A stretch of DNA of 39,100 nucleotides from Candidatus Woesearchaeota archaeon. Lineage in GTDB: Archaea > Nanobdellota > Nanobdellia > Woesearchaeales > GW2011-AR4. Positions 1 to 9,040 of the stretch are shown piece after piece. The notes below the pieces were generated by a model that did no database searches, was not told where the DNA came from, and was given only the letters and a program-made list of their open reading frames with translations. The stretch's first letter is position 1, and every line of letters starts with the position of its first letter. The DNA lies in NCBI GenBank assembly GCA_016185805.1, contig JACPMW010000009.1, forward strand, positions 1-39,100, written 5' to 3'. The translations under genes and the position numbers were made by a program.

Positions 1-480
1 GACCAAGGCAAAATCATCAGTTGTAGCGTGATACTTTAGCATGTACTGCTGCGCCACCAGAGCATTTTGTGCTGGAAAATTCAGCCCCTCTGCCTGCTCA
101 TATACTCTCTCGGCAGCCATTAAAATCTCGTCAGTTATCTTCATCGAATTATTTGCAAGCAGCCTCTCAACCCCAACAACAAGTATATTATTATAACCAA
201 GCTTATTGGCTGTCCACAAGGCAGCCCCTCCGCCTCCACAAACAGCAGTCGCTGTCAGAATTGGTATCTTTTTTCTTAAGAGTCCATTCAGCACATTCGA
301 GAACAGCCTCTGCCTCTCTCCATTGCTTTCAGTATCAACTGCAGAGACTACGGCAGCTTCAATATCATCTACCTTAAAATCAGCATTTTCAATGGCCTCT
401 AGAGTAGCCTCGTAAACAAGCTCTTGGCTTGTGTCTGTCTGTGCCCCAAACTTGGTCATTCCAACGCCTTTAATATACAT
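1..480 (-). CDS. thiolase-family acetyl-CoA acetyltransferase (N-terminal 160 aa; 3' end runs off the window)
   Basis: Absent from the ORF track because it stays open to position 1. The reverse-strand ATG at 480-478 reads MYIKGVGMTKFGAQTDTSQELVYEATLEAIENADF...LTATAVCGGGGAALWTANKLGYNNILVVGVERL. The GxGMTKFG start, the Cys loop and the G-x-E block match archaeal/SCP-x type thiolases. A GGGGG run lies upstream of the ATG. Confidence 0.75.
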   Translation of the reverse strand, partial: MYIKGVGMTKFGAQTDTSQELVYEATLEAIENADFKVDDIEAAVVSAVDTESNGERQRLFSNVLNGLLRKKIPILTATAVCGGGGAALWTANKLGYNNILVVGVERLLANNSMKITDEILMAAERVYEQAEGLNFPAQNALVAQQYMLKYHATTDDFALV

Positions 481-490
481 AGAAACCCCC

Positions 491-982
491 TTACCTAGAA
501 TATTTCGCCCTGAATTCTTGCTTATCGACAATCGCGAGCATAAGAAGAGCCTCAGCCACCAACTTTTCGCTGACAAGAGATTTTCCCTGCAAAATAGCTC
601 CCCTTTCATCCTGCGCCACAAGGTCAATTTCAAATCTGACTTTGGCTGGTGGCAATATTGGGGCAATAAATTTGACCTCTTTCAGCTTATGGGCAAGCAC
701 GTCCTTTTCTTTGTGATTTGGTATATTGCTTCTTGCCAATAATGTGGCCGCTTGCCCCATTCCTTCGACTGTCAACGCACCTGGCGTGATTGGAAAATCT
801 ACAAAGTGGCCCTTATAAAAATCCTCTTTGCCGGTAAAATCCTTAACTGCCACTATCCTATTGCTTGTTAGGCTTGTCACCCTGTCCAAAAATAAGAAAG
901 GCTTGTCATAAGGAATTATCTTCATGATGCCTTCTGTATCTATCTCTCCTTTGGCATTCTTCAGATCATTAATTGCGTCCAT
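491..982 (-). CDS. fabZ: FabZ-like 3-hydroxyacyl thioester dehydratase (hotdog fold)
   Basis: IIPYDKPFLFLDRV matches FabZ PHRYPFLLVDRV. KGHFVDFPITPGALTVEGMGQ carries the FabZ/FabA HFxxxPxxPG catalytic-His motif. Length is 163 aa. The stop lies 10 nt before the thiolase ATG, which suggests an operon. Confidence 0.8.
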   Translation of the reverse strand: MDAINDLKNAKGEIDTEGIMKIIPYDKPFLFLDRVTSLTSNRIVAVKDFTGKEDFYKGHFVDFPITPGALTVEGMGQAATLLARSNIPNHKEKDVLAHKLKEVKFIAPILPPAKVRFEIDLVAQDERGAILQGKSLVSEKLVAEALLMLAIVDKQEFRAKYSR

Positions 983-1113
983 TTTGCTGTTTTTACCTAC
1001 TTTAAGGCTGTTTAAAAAACTTTCTACTTTATTATTTTAGAATATAGATTTTAAAAAATATATAACAAAAGCAATGAAAAAACCTCAAAAAGTGCAAAAT
1101 TTTATATAAAAAG

Positions 1114-3054
1114 ATGCAAATTCTTGGTTATATGCTAAAAAACAGGAAAGCAAGGCTGAAAATAGGCCAAAGCCATAAATTTTTTGTTAATGCGCTGGAC
1201 AAAAGCCTTAAACTGCTTGAAAATTCCTACTCCTACTTAAAGAACTTTGCCCTAAAGGCAAAAGAAAAATTTCCTGCATTTTACAGGTATTTTGAAGCAT
1301 TGGCAAACCAGCATATAATCAAGCCAAGCAAAAATCTGTTTAACTCCTCCAAGATTGAGGACATGGGCAGCTTTATAACAGCCAACGTGATAAAAAGGCT
1401 TCCTAATGTTGATGAGGTTCAGGTGGAAAAGATATTGAGCGACCCTTCCAATAAATCTTTTTTGGAAATCCTGACAGAAGGCTTTGGCATAAATCAAGAC
1501 AAGGAAAAGACATATACAGTGCTCGGCAAAAATGGCTCCTTCAAGAGAATACTGATAGCAAATAGGGGGGAAATAGCGTTAAGGATAATAAGGGCTTGCC
1601 GGGAGCTCGGGGTAGGGAGCGTTGTCATATACTCTGAAGGGGAAAAAGATTCGCTTGCTGTAAAATTTGCCGACAAATCCTACAATATAGGAAAATCAAA
1701 AAACTATCTCGATATCAAGAAAATTGTCAAGCTTGCTAAGCAGGCGGATTGCGATGCAATTCATCCAGGCTATGGCTTTCTGGCAGAGAATTCTAAATTT
1801 GCCAATCTATGTGAAAAGAAAAAGATAAAGTTCATAGGGCCGTCTTCCAGGATGATAAAAAAGCTAGGCGATAAGGTAGAGGCAAAAAGGGCAATGCTAA
1901 AAGCAAGCATCCCCGTCATAGAAGGCATAAAGGAAGGGTTGAGAAGCAAACGGCATGCTTTAAAAGTTGCAAAAAGAATAGGCTTCCCGGTTATTTTGAA
2001 AGCATCTGCCGGCGGCGGAGGCAAGGGGATGCGGATTGTTACAAAACAAGAAGATGTCTTCAACGCTTATGAAAATGCAAAAAAAGAATCATTTAATGCC
2101 TTTGGAGAGGATTCTCTTTATATTGAAAAGTACCTTGAAGAGCCACGCCACATAGAATTTCAGGTATTGGCAGACAGGCACCACAGCGTGATTCATCTTG
2201 GAGAAAGGGATTGCAGCATACAAAGAAAGCACCAAAAATTAATTGAAGAGTCTCCAAGCCCTGCGCTTGACAATGAATTAAGGGAAATAATGGGAAACGC
2301 AGCTGTAAATGCAATAAAGGCAATTGGCTATGAGGGCGCAGGCACTGTAGAATTTTTACTGGATAAAAACAGGAATTTCTATTTTATCGAGATGAATACA
2401 AGGATACAGGTTGAGCATGGGGTAACCGAAATGGTGACTAATGTTGATCTTGTAAAAGAGCAGATAAAGCTTGCAGAGGGCGCGAAGCTTGCCTACAAGC
2501 AGGAAGACATCAAGGTTGACGGGCATGCCATAGAGTGCAGGATAAATGCAGAAGACTCAAGCAACGATTTCGCGCCTTCGCCAGGAACTATAACAAATTA
2601 TCTTCCTCCAGGGGGGCCTGGAATAAGGATAAGCAGCTCATGCCATTCAGGCTGCAGGATATCTCCCCAATTCGATTCTTTAATAGCCTTGCTGATATGC
2701 TACGGAAAGACAAGGCAGGAAGCCGTTGTGCGAATGAAGCGCGCTTTGCAGGAATTCATAATAGAAGGCGTCAAAACCACAATCCCGTTTCATCAGCTTG
2801 TTTTGGCCAAAAGGCAGTTTTTGAGAGGCAATGCAACAACATCCTTTATAGAAAACAACAACCTAATGGAAGAATTAAAAGGCGTAAAGCAGGAGAAAGA
2901 AAAAATGCCTAAGGAAAAGAAAGTCCTAATAGTGACAACTGCGGTATCACAGTATCTTGCGAAGAAGCACAATGGAATAAACAGCAAAAGGATGAATCCT
3001 TGGGTGATGGCAGCAAGGCAGGAGTCAATGAATGAAGGCGCTTTCGAGGAATAA
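1114..3054 (+). CDS. accC: biotin carboxylase subunit (ATP-grasp) with unassigned N-terminal extension and C-terminal tail
   Basis: Residues ~143-590 form a complete biotin carboxylase: KRILIANRGEIALRIIRACRELG, HPGYGFLAEN, the GGGGKGMRIV loop and EMNTRIQVEHGVTE. About 140 aa at the N terminus and about 55 aa at the C terminus are unassigned. In-frame alternative starts are ATG 1132, ATG 1363 and GTG 1519. Confidence 0.9.
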   Translation: MQILGYMLKNRKARLKIGQSHKFFVNALDKSLKLLENSYSYLKNFALKAKEKFPAFYRYFEALANQHIIKPSKNLFNSSKIEDMGSFITANVIKRLPNVDEVQVEKILSDPSNKSFLEILTEGFGINQDKEKTYTVLGKNGSFKRILIANRGEIALRIIRACRELGVGSVVIYSEGEKDSLAVKFADKSYNIGKSKNYLDIKKIVKLAKQADCDAIHPGYGFLAENSKFANLCEKKKIKFIGPSSRMIKKLGDKVEAKRAMLKASIPVIEGIKEGLRSKRHALKVAKRIGFPVILKASAGGGGKGMRIVTKQEDVFNAYENAKKESFNAFGEDSLYIEKYLEEPRHIEFQVLADRHHSVIHLGERDCSIQRKHQKLIEESPSPALDNELREIMGNAAVNAIKAIGYEGAGTVEFLLDKNRNFYFIEMNTRIQVEHGVTEMVTNVDLVKEQIKLAEGAKLAYKQEDIKVDGHAIECRINAEDSSNDFAPSPGTITNYLPPGGPGIRISSSCHSGCRISPQFDSLIALLICYGKTRQEAVVRMKRALQEFIIEGVKTTIPFHQLVLAKRQFLRGNATTSFIENNNLMEELKGVKQEKEKMPKEKKVLIVTTAVSQYLAKKHNGINSKRMNPWVMAARQESMNEGAFEE

Positions 3055-3085
3055 TTTTAATATGTTTGTCTATTTTCTTTAGTCT

Positions 3086-3805
3086 ATGCATAAAGTATTT
3101 CATTTTAAATCTTTGCCTTCAACACAAGACAAGGCCAAAGAATTATACAAAAAAGGCTTAAGCAATATTGTAGTGGCGGCAGATTTCCAAACCAAAGGCA
3201 AGGGCAGGTTCAATCGCAAATGGCATTCCGGCAAAGGCGGCCTGTGGTTGTCAATTCCGCTAAAACTCAAAAACAAGGAAAAGCCGCAATATCTTACTTT
3301 TATCGCTGCAATTTCTGTTGTAGAGTCCATTAAAAAAATCTCAAAATTAAAAACAAGCATCAAATGGCCGAATGACATCCTTTATAACAAAAAGAAGCTA
3401 TGCGGCATCCTAACTAAAGGCATTTTCGGGAAAGATAGCTTTGTTATTGTCGGAATTGGCTTGAATGTCAATCAAACTAAATTCCCAAATGAAATCAGAA
3501 ACACAGCAACTTCGTTAAGGATGATAAAGCACAGATTTTTCAGCATCAAAAGCCTAATGAATGAAATAATCAACAATTTCTTTTTTCTTTACCATGATTA
3601 CTACACAAAAAATGAACTTAATCATATAACCAAACTTTGGAAGAAACACTGCGGTACAATAGGTAAAGATATAATTGTCGTAACAAGTACAAAGAAAATC
3701 TATGGGAAGGCAGTTGGAATAGACAATAACTGCAGTTTGCTGTTGAAATTAAAAAGCAAAAGAATAATAAGAATAGCTGAAGGCGACATAAAAATAAGGT
3801 ACTAG
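3086..3805 (+). CDS. birA: biotin--[acetyl-CoA-carboxylase] ligase (class I, no HTH domain)
   Basis: KGKGRFNRKWHSGKGGLWLS matches the GRGRxGRxWxSxxGxxLxxS ligase signature. KWPNDILYNKKKLCGIL is also present. Length is 239 aa. Confidence 0.85.
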   Translation: MHKVFHFKSLPSTQDKAKELYKKGLSNIVVAADFQTKGKGRFNRKWHSGKGGLWLSIPLKLKNKEKPQYLTFIAAISVVESIKKISKLKTSIKWPNDILYNKKKLCGILTKGIFGKDSFVIVGIGLNVNQTKFPNEIRNTATSLRMIKHRFFSIKSLMNEIINNFFFLYHDYYTKNELNHITKLWKKHCGTIGKDIIVVTSTKKIYGKAVGIDNNCSLLLKLKSKRIIRIAEGDIKIRY

Positions 3806-4212
3806 CCAATCTTAAGCCTTTTCCTTATATCGTTGGGTATTTTCATCGACTTCATCCTTTTTTTATCTACAAAAACATTTATTGTGTAGCCTGATGCCAA
3901 CAGTTTTTTGTCTTTTTTCCTGTAAATCTTCTGCTCAAATTTCACGCTTTTTTCCTTCAACTCTGAAATTCTTGATTCAACTACAACAATATCATCGTAC
4001 CTTGCGGGATGGAAATAATTGCAATGCGCTTCCACAACTGGGGTGATTATTCCCCTCTTGTCAAGTGCGTTGTAGTCAATTTTCAGGCTTCTGAATATCT
4101 CCCTCCTTCCGCTCTCAAACCACCTGAAATAATTGGCATAGTATACAACCTGTCCCGCATCCGTATCAGCGTAAATAACCCTGTGCTCAATCTTATGCAT
4201 GAATAACGGCAT
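3802..4212 (-). CDS. YbgC/4HBT-family acyl-CoA thioesterase (hotdog)
   Basis: HRVIYADTDAGQVVYYANYFRWFESGRREIF is the typical N-terminal catalytic-Asp block of 4HBT/YbgC thioesterases. Length is 136 aa. It converges on birA with a 4-nt overlap. Confidence 0.8.
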   Translation of the reverse strand: MPLFMHKIEHRVIYADTDAGQVVYYANYFRWFESGRREIFRSLKIDYNALDKRGIITPVVEAHCNYFHPARYDDIVVVESRISELKEKSVKFEQKIYRKKDKKLLASGYTINVFVDKKRMKSMKIPNDIRKRLKIG

Positions 4213-4275
4213 TTAGAAGTTGTATATATTTATTTCCACAATCTTTTTAAAAGATATGGCTTAACCAATGCACAA

Positions 4276-4503
4276 ATGTCAGTCTTAAGGAATGTCCCTA
4301 TTTTAAGAAAGCTTCTGGAGATAGTTTATGCAATGCTCCTTGTCGTTATATTGAGCGTGTTGGTTGGCCTTATTCTCGCATTTCCAGTCATGTGGCTGTG
4401 GAACTTTATATTTGGGAGCCTGTATAAGATAAATGTTTTTCAGGCATGGGCATTAAATGTGCTTGCAGGCATCTTGTTTGGGCAGAAAAATTCTAATAAA
4501 TAA
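4276..4503 (+). CDS. small hydrophobic protein (two predicted TM helices), function unknown
   Basis: The 75-aa ORF has two hydrophobic stretches, LLVVILSVLVGLILAFPVMWLW and AWALNVLAGILFG. It has no recognisable family and lies just upstream of the 784-aa ORF. Confidence 0.4.
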   Translation: MSVLRNVPILRKLLEIVYAMLLVVILSVLVGLILAFPVMWLWNFIFGSLYKINVFQAWALNVLAGILFGQKNSNK

Positions 4504-4519
4504 GGATATAATAGCATAG

Positions 4520-6874
4520 GTGTGGAATATCTTAAGCTTACCCAAGAGCATTATAACAAGAGATAAATTATTCTTGCCTCAAGTAGAGTTTGGGCTTTTT
4601 GCATCTGGAATTGAAAATTTTGGGGGTTTCAATGAAGATTCCTTGGAGGGCAGCGGCCCAAAAAGAGAAAGAGCTGAAGCTGATTTTAAAGCAGAAGAGC
4701 CAAAGCTGGAAACACAGGCGGCATTCCCCTCCCCATTATTTCTGGACGATTTAATAGTTCCTATCAATGCAGGCAATTTGGAAAAAAAGGCTTTTTTTGT
4801 TGCCAATTCAATTGGGTCAGCAAATACAATTCTTGGCTATTTATTGCCTAATCCCAAACTTGGAGCTGCCAACAGCTTAAATCCACGATATTTAGTCTAC
4901 AAGGCTCTTGAATTTCCAGCGCAGAAGTATGCAGGATATGCATTGCCTCAGGATGATTCAGCCTATCAAAATGAGACAGTTTACAATCTATCGCCAAGCC
5001 CGTCATTTTCCTACCAGCCAGCTTGGCAAGGCGAAACAAAACATTACAGTTTCCCGCTAATTAAGCCTGAAGAATTCTCCGCGCCTCAGTTTGTTTATGC
5101 CCAATCAAATTTGGCTCCAAACTATGACATGCCAAAGCCCGCAATTGAAGCCTTAAATGGCAGTTATTGGCAAACCACTTCCAGATTTATTGGTGTTTAT
5201 GAGCCAACAGGCGCAAAATTAGGGGAAGAAAAAGTTCATAGAAAGACTTTGGAAAATGTAATTGCAAAAACAGAAATACATATGAATGTAACTCAATCAC
5301 AAATACCTCAAGCGCCTCAGCCAACACAGCCCTCATCAAGATATGGAAGAGGCGTAGATTTCATAGTAAACTCCCATTTTTCTGGAAAATTATCGCTGCC
5401 TTATGAAACCACACCAAAATTCCAAATTCCTGTTTTAGGAATTTCTTTAGGGGCTATTCTAGCCATCCTGAATCCTTTCAGAGCAAGCGATTATAATAAA
5501 ACTCAAAACAATGCCTTGCATAATTATCAAAAGCCCGACATAACAAAAACAGTTGTTATGGCATCCAAAGTACAGCAATATATCCTTGAGGAAATCCAAA
5601 ATGGAAATCCTGAAAACGAAAATTCAGGTAAAAATACTCATGCACAAAAAACTACACAAATTGTGGTCACCGAAGGAAAAACTCAAAATTCAACTGTTAT
5701 TTACTTGAGCAATTACAGAAGTCCTAGGAAAAGGAATAATCCATTTTGGCAGCCAAGAGATATAAGAAGCAAGTATAAGGCAATATTGAGAGACTCAAGC
5801 AGAAAATTAAGAGAAATTGCTAAAAAAAGCAGTGATTATGCACTAACTTCAGCCAAGAAAGTTGGCAATCAGTTCTATGCAAATGCGAAAAGCCTTTACA
5901 CAAAACTTAAAGGAAGAATAGAATCAACTATTGACAATTATCGTGCAGGTCAAACTATAGATATTTCAGAATCACTAAGTGCAAGAATAAATTCATATAA
6001 TCAATTAAATCCTAACGCAAATCTGGAGTCACTGCAGGATGGAGCCAAATATCTTGAAGAAAAGTCCGGGGGAAAAGTATCTTATATAATTATAGATTCG
6101 GTGACAGGAGAGATAATAGCAGAAAGAAATGCAGACGATATGGTATCTAATGGCTCAATGTCAAAAATTTTTATTTTAAGGCAGATTCTGGAATTATCTC
6201 AACAAGGAAAAATAAATTTAGAATCAGAATTGAAATTAAGAAATTCTCAACATCCAAAGAATTACACACCAACTGGAAAACCTACTACAATAAGGGAAGC
6301 TTGTAGAGAAATGGTTAGTGACGAAAATGGAAATAGCAACTTAGTCACGAATGCGTTGCTGGAGCTAATTGGAATAAAAAGAACAAATAAAATGCTACAA
6401 CAGCAGGGCTACAATGAAACAGTTTTTGTTGATTATTACAGACCAAAAGATCTTTATAGAGGCAATAAAACATCAGCACGAGATACTGCAAGTGAAATGT
6501 TTAGACTGAAAAATGGTATAGGCCTTGATGAATATCACCACAAAGTTGCATTAGAGAGTTTAGATGGGAGGTATATGACTTATCCAATTTCTAAAAAGCC
6601 TCAGAGGCTAAATACAGAGAAAATTATAATTAAACATGGACAAACTGAGCAGGATATTAGCCTAGCTTGTGGGATCGAAGGAGTAAATAACAATGGTGAA
6701 ACCTTTAACAGTATCCTTGTTTACATTGATAGCGATATTAACAAGAGATTGGTAAAGAAAGATTTTAAAACTCCCACATCGTCTGGCTCCGGTATAATGA
6801 ATCTGTTTATTAATACATTGAGACAGGCATGCACAATAGCTCAAGAATACGTATCTTATAAAAAACCCGCTTAA
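4520..6874 (+). CDS. large single-TM protein with C-terminal class-A beta-lactamase / PBP-like serine-hydrolase domain
   Basis: The ORF starts at GTG and encodes 784 aa. A mid-protein TM segment reads IPVLGISLGAILAILNPF. The C-terminal ~270 aa show an SxxK motif (NGSMSKIFILRQIL), an SDN-like loop (VSDENGNSNLVTNALLELIG) and a KxG-like motif (IIKHGQTE). The N-terminal 300 aa are Pro/Gln/Ser-rich with no recognisable family. Confidence 0.6.
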   Translation: MWNILSLPKSIITRDKLFLPQVEFGLFASGIENFGGFNEDSLEGSGPKRERAEADFKAEEPKLETQAAFPSPLFLDDLIVPINAGNLEKKAFFVANSIGSANTILGYLLPNPKLGAANSLNPRYLVYKALEFPAQKYAGYALPQDDSAYQNETVYNLSPSPSFSYQPAWQGETKHYSFPLIKPEEFSAPQFVYAQSNLAPNYDMPKPAIEALNGSYWQTTSRFIGVYEPTGAKLGEEKVHRKTLENVIAKTEIHMNVTQSQIPQAPQPTQPSSRYGRGVDFIVNSHFSGKLSLPYETTPKFQIPVLGISLGAILAILNPFRASDYNKTQNNALHNYQKPDITKTVVMASKVQQYILEEIQNGNPENENSGKNTHAQKTTQIVVTEGKTQNSTVIYLSNYRSPRKRNNPFWQPRDIRSKYKAILRDSSRKLREIAKKSSDYALTSAKKVGNQFYANAKSLYTKLKGRIESTIDNYRAGQTIDISESLSARINSYNQLNPNANLESLQDGAKYLEEKSGGKVSYIIIDSVTGEIIAERNADDMVSNGSMSKIFILRQILELSQQGKINLESELKLRNSQHPKNYTPTGKPTTIREACREMVSDENGNSNLVTNALLELIGIKRTNKMLQQQGYNETVFVDYYRPKDLYRGNKTSARDTASEMFRLKNGIGLDEYHHKVALESLDGRYMTYPISKKPQRLNTEKIIIKHGQTEQDISLACGIEGVNNNGETFNSILVYIDSDINKRLVKKDFKTPTSSGSGIMNLFINTLRQACTIAQEYVSYKKPA

Positions 6875-7264
6875 TCACTCCAAAACAGCCAGCACATCGC
6901 CCTTGTTGACATTGTCGTTCTTCTTGACTTTGATTTCTTTGATTATGCCGTCCCTTGGCGATGCGATATCATTCTCCATTTTCATTGCCATAAGAGTGAA
7001 TAAGCTTTGGCCCTGCTTTACCTGCTCTTTTTGCTTTGCCTTCACATCATAAATTATGCCAGGCAGCGGCGCTGTTATCTCAAGCTTTCCTTCCCCAGTC
7101 GCTTGTTTTTTATGGAGCCTTTCGACAGCGGATTGCTCAATGTCTTTTTTTGTCTCAACCTCATAAACTTCTCCTTCACAATGAACAAGAATTTTGCCCT
7201 CTTCTGTCTCCTCTATAAGAACCTTGTATTCTTTGCCGTCAACCTTAACAACTATCTCTTCCAT
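6875..7264 (-). CDS. accB: biotin carboxyl carrier protein (biotinyl domain)
   Basis: The C-terminal biotinyl domain carries the AMKM biotinylation motif (SLFTLMAMKMENDIASPRDGIIKEI...GDVLAVLE). Length is 129 aa. Confidence 0.85.
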   Translation of the reverse strand: MEEIVVKVDGKEYKVLIEETEEGKILVHCEGEVYEVETKKDIEQSAVERLHKKQATGEGKLEITAPLPGIIYDVKAKQKEQVKQGQSLFTLMAMKMENDIASPRDGIIKEIKVKKNDNVNKGDVLAVLE

Positions 7265-7296
7265 TCAACGGCGAAGTCCGTTGATGCCTTGCGGGA

Positions 7297-7355
7297 CATG
7301 TCGAAAATCAATATTTTCGAGCATGATCGAAAATGCGTAGCATTTATCGACATAA
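7297..7355. repeat. dispersed palindromic element, copy 1 (TCGAAAAT / ATTTTCGAGCATG(A/C)TCGAAAAT core)
   Basis: The sequence acatgtcgaaaatcaatattttcgagcatgatcgaaaatgcgtagcatttatcgacata lies in the 131-nt spacer between the carboxyltransferase and BCCP genes. Near-identical cores occur at 13112-13189 and 24879-24971. Confidence 0.7.
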
Positions 7356-7395
7356 AGTCCCGAGTGCTCACTTCGTTCGCAACCTCCTTTCATTT

Positions 7396-8910
7396 TCATA
7401 GTGGCATATTGCCGTGCTTTTTTGCAGGCTTTTTCTCTCTCTTGGAAAGAAGCATCTCAAGGCATTTTATCAAGGAAATCCTAGCCTCTCTTGGCTCGAT
7501 TATCATGTCGACCTTGCCAAGCTTTGCAGCAGCATAGGGATTAAGGTACTTTTCTGTGTAATCCTTTATTAATTCCCCTCTCACTTTTGGATTTTTGCCG
7601 ATTTCATCCTTGTTTATTATGCTGACAGCCTGCTCCGCACCCATTACTGCAATCTCCGCATAAGGCAAGGCAATAACCTTGTCAAAGCCCATGTCTTTTG
7701 ATACCATTGCAATATAAGCCCCTCCGTAAGCTTTCCTCAAGACAAGAGATATCTTGGGAACTGTAGCTTCCGAGTAAGCAAAAAGCACTTTTGCACCATG
7801 CCTTATAATTCCATTATGCTCCTGCTCAGCGCCGGGCAGATAGCCCGTCACATCAACCAGGTTTATTAGTGGGATATTAAAGCAGTCGCAAAACCTTACA
7901 AATCTTGCAATCTTGAAAGAAGAATTGATGTCAAGGCAGCCTGCAAGCACTTTTGGCTGGTTCGCAACTACTCCAACAACGTTTCCGTTAAGCCTGGACA
8001 ATCCAACAACTATATTGGCTGCGTAGCCTGCCTGCACCTCAAAAAAAGACCTTTTGTCAAAGATTTCAGAAATCACGTCTTTCATATCATAGGTCTTTTT
8101 TGGGTCTTCCGGAATAATTGATTCAAGCTTTTTAGTCTCCCTGGCTGCATCATCATTCACATGATGTGGAGTGCTCTCAAGATTGTTCTGCGGCAGGTAG
8201 CTGAGCAAAGCCTTAATCATGTCCAGGCACTCTTTTTCATTTTCAGCCATAAAATGGGCTACACCGCTCTTTTCATTATGGGATGCAGCGCCGCCAAGCT
8301 TCTCGAAGTCGATTGACTCTCCTGTTACTGTTTTCACAACATCGGGCCCGGTAATGAACATATAGCTTGTCTTCTTCACCATCAAAATAAAGTCTGTCAG
8401 GGCAGGAGAATAAACAGCTATTCCGGCACATGGCCCCATAATCGCGGAAATCTGCGGCACAATGCCCGACATCATTGTGTTAAGCTGGAATATTCTGCCG
8501 CCTGTATCCAAAGCAGATATGCCTTCCTGTATCCTTGCCCCTCCAGAATCAAGCAAACCAATGCATGGGCATCCGGTCTTTAGGGACAATTCCATAACAT
8601 TTGCAATCTTTTTATTATGCATCTCCCCCATCGAGCCCCCCATAAAAGAAAAATCCTGCGCATAAACATAAACAGGCTTCTTGCTTATTGTGCCATAGCC
8701 TGTTATTACACCATCCCCAGTCTTTTTCTTCTCAAGCTGTTTCTGGTGCTCTGCAAATGCATCAAGCTCAACAAAAGAATTCTCATCAAGCAAATATTTC
8801 AGCCTCTCTCTTGCTGTCAATTTGCCTTTCTTGTGCTGCAGCTCAGCAGCCTGCCTGTCGCTTTGCAGCTCTTTGCCCCTCTCAAGAAACTCCTTAAGCT
8901 TTTCCCCCAT
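7396..8910 (-). CDS. pccB: acyl-CoA carboxylase carboxyltransferase subunit (PccB/AccD6/MmdA family)
   Basis: Length is 504 aa. Conserved carboxyltransferase blocks are GKLTARERLKYLLDENSFVELD, FSFMGGSMGE, DSGGARIQEG, GPCAGIAVYSPALTDF and LRKAYGGAYIAM. Confidence 0.9.
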   Translation of the reverse strand: MGEKLKEFLERGKELQSDRQAAELQHKKGKLTARERLKYLLDENSFVELDAFAEHQKQLEKKKTGDGVITGYGTISKKPVYVYAQDFSFMGGSMGEMHNKKIANVMELSLKTGCPCIGLLDSGGARIQEGISALDTGGRIFQLNTMMSGIVPQISAIMGPCAGIAVYSPALTDFILMVKKTSYMFITGPDVVKTVTGESIDFEKLGGAASHNEKSGVAHFMAENEKECLDMIKALLSYLPQNNLESTPHHVNDDAARETKKLESIIPEDPKKTYDMKDVISEIFDKRSFFEVQAGYAANIVVGLSRLNGNVVGVVANQPKVLAGCLDINSSFKIARFVRFCDCFNIPLINLVDVTGYLPGAEQEHNGIIRHGAKVLFAYSEATVPKISLVLRKAYGGAYIAMVSKDMGFDKVIALPYAEIAVMGAEQAVSIINKDEIGKNPKVRGELIKDYTEKYLNPYAAAKLGKVDMIIEPREARISLIKCLEMLLSKREKKPAKKHGNMPL

Positions 8911-9040
8911 ACTTCAAGCTTATGAATAATGCTTTAAAAAGGTTTTCACAGCATCACAGCAATGAGGGACACTCATTACATTGTACATTGCATGGGTCTC
9001 TTTCGGGATTGAAATTAAATATTTGTCCTTAATGTTTGAT

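Noticed and set aside
69-742. Plus-strand ORFs 69..377, 206..415 and 431..742
   Set aside because: Their translations are low-complexity. They are antisense to the much better supported thiolase and FabZ-like genes, which carry clear family motifs.
1114-1518. Treating the accC N-terminal 135 codons as 5' UTR (start at GTG 1519)
   Set aside because: This remains possible, but a ~400-nt leader would be atypical in a genome this compact, and the frame stays open from 1114. I kept the long ORF and flagged the uncertainty.
7007-7537. 176-aa plus-strand ORF spanning the BCCP/carboxyltransferase junction
   Set aside because: It is antisense to two motif-rich genes and crosses the repeat-containing spacer. 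Its composition is hydrophobic junk.
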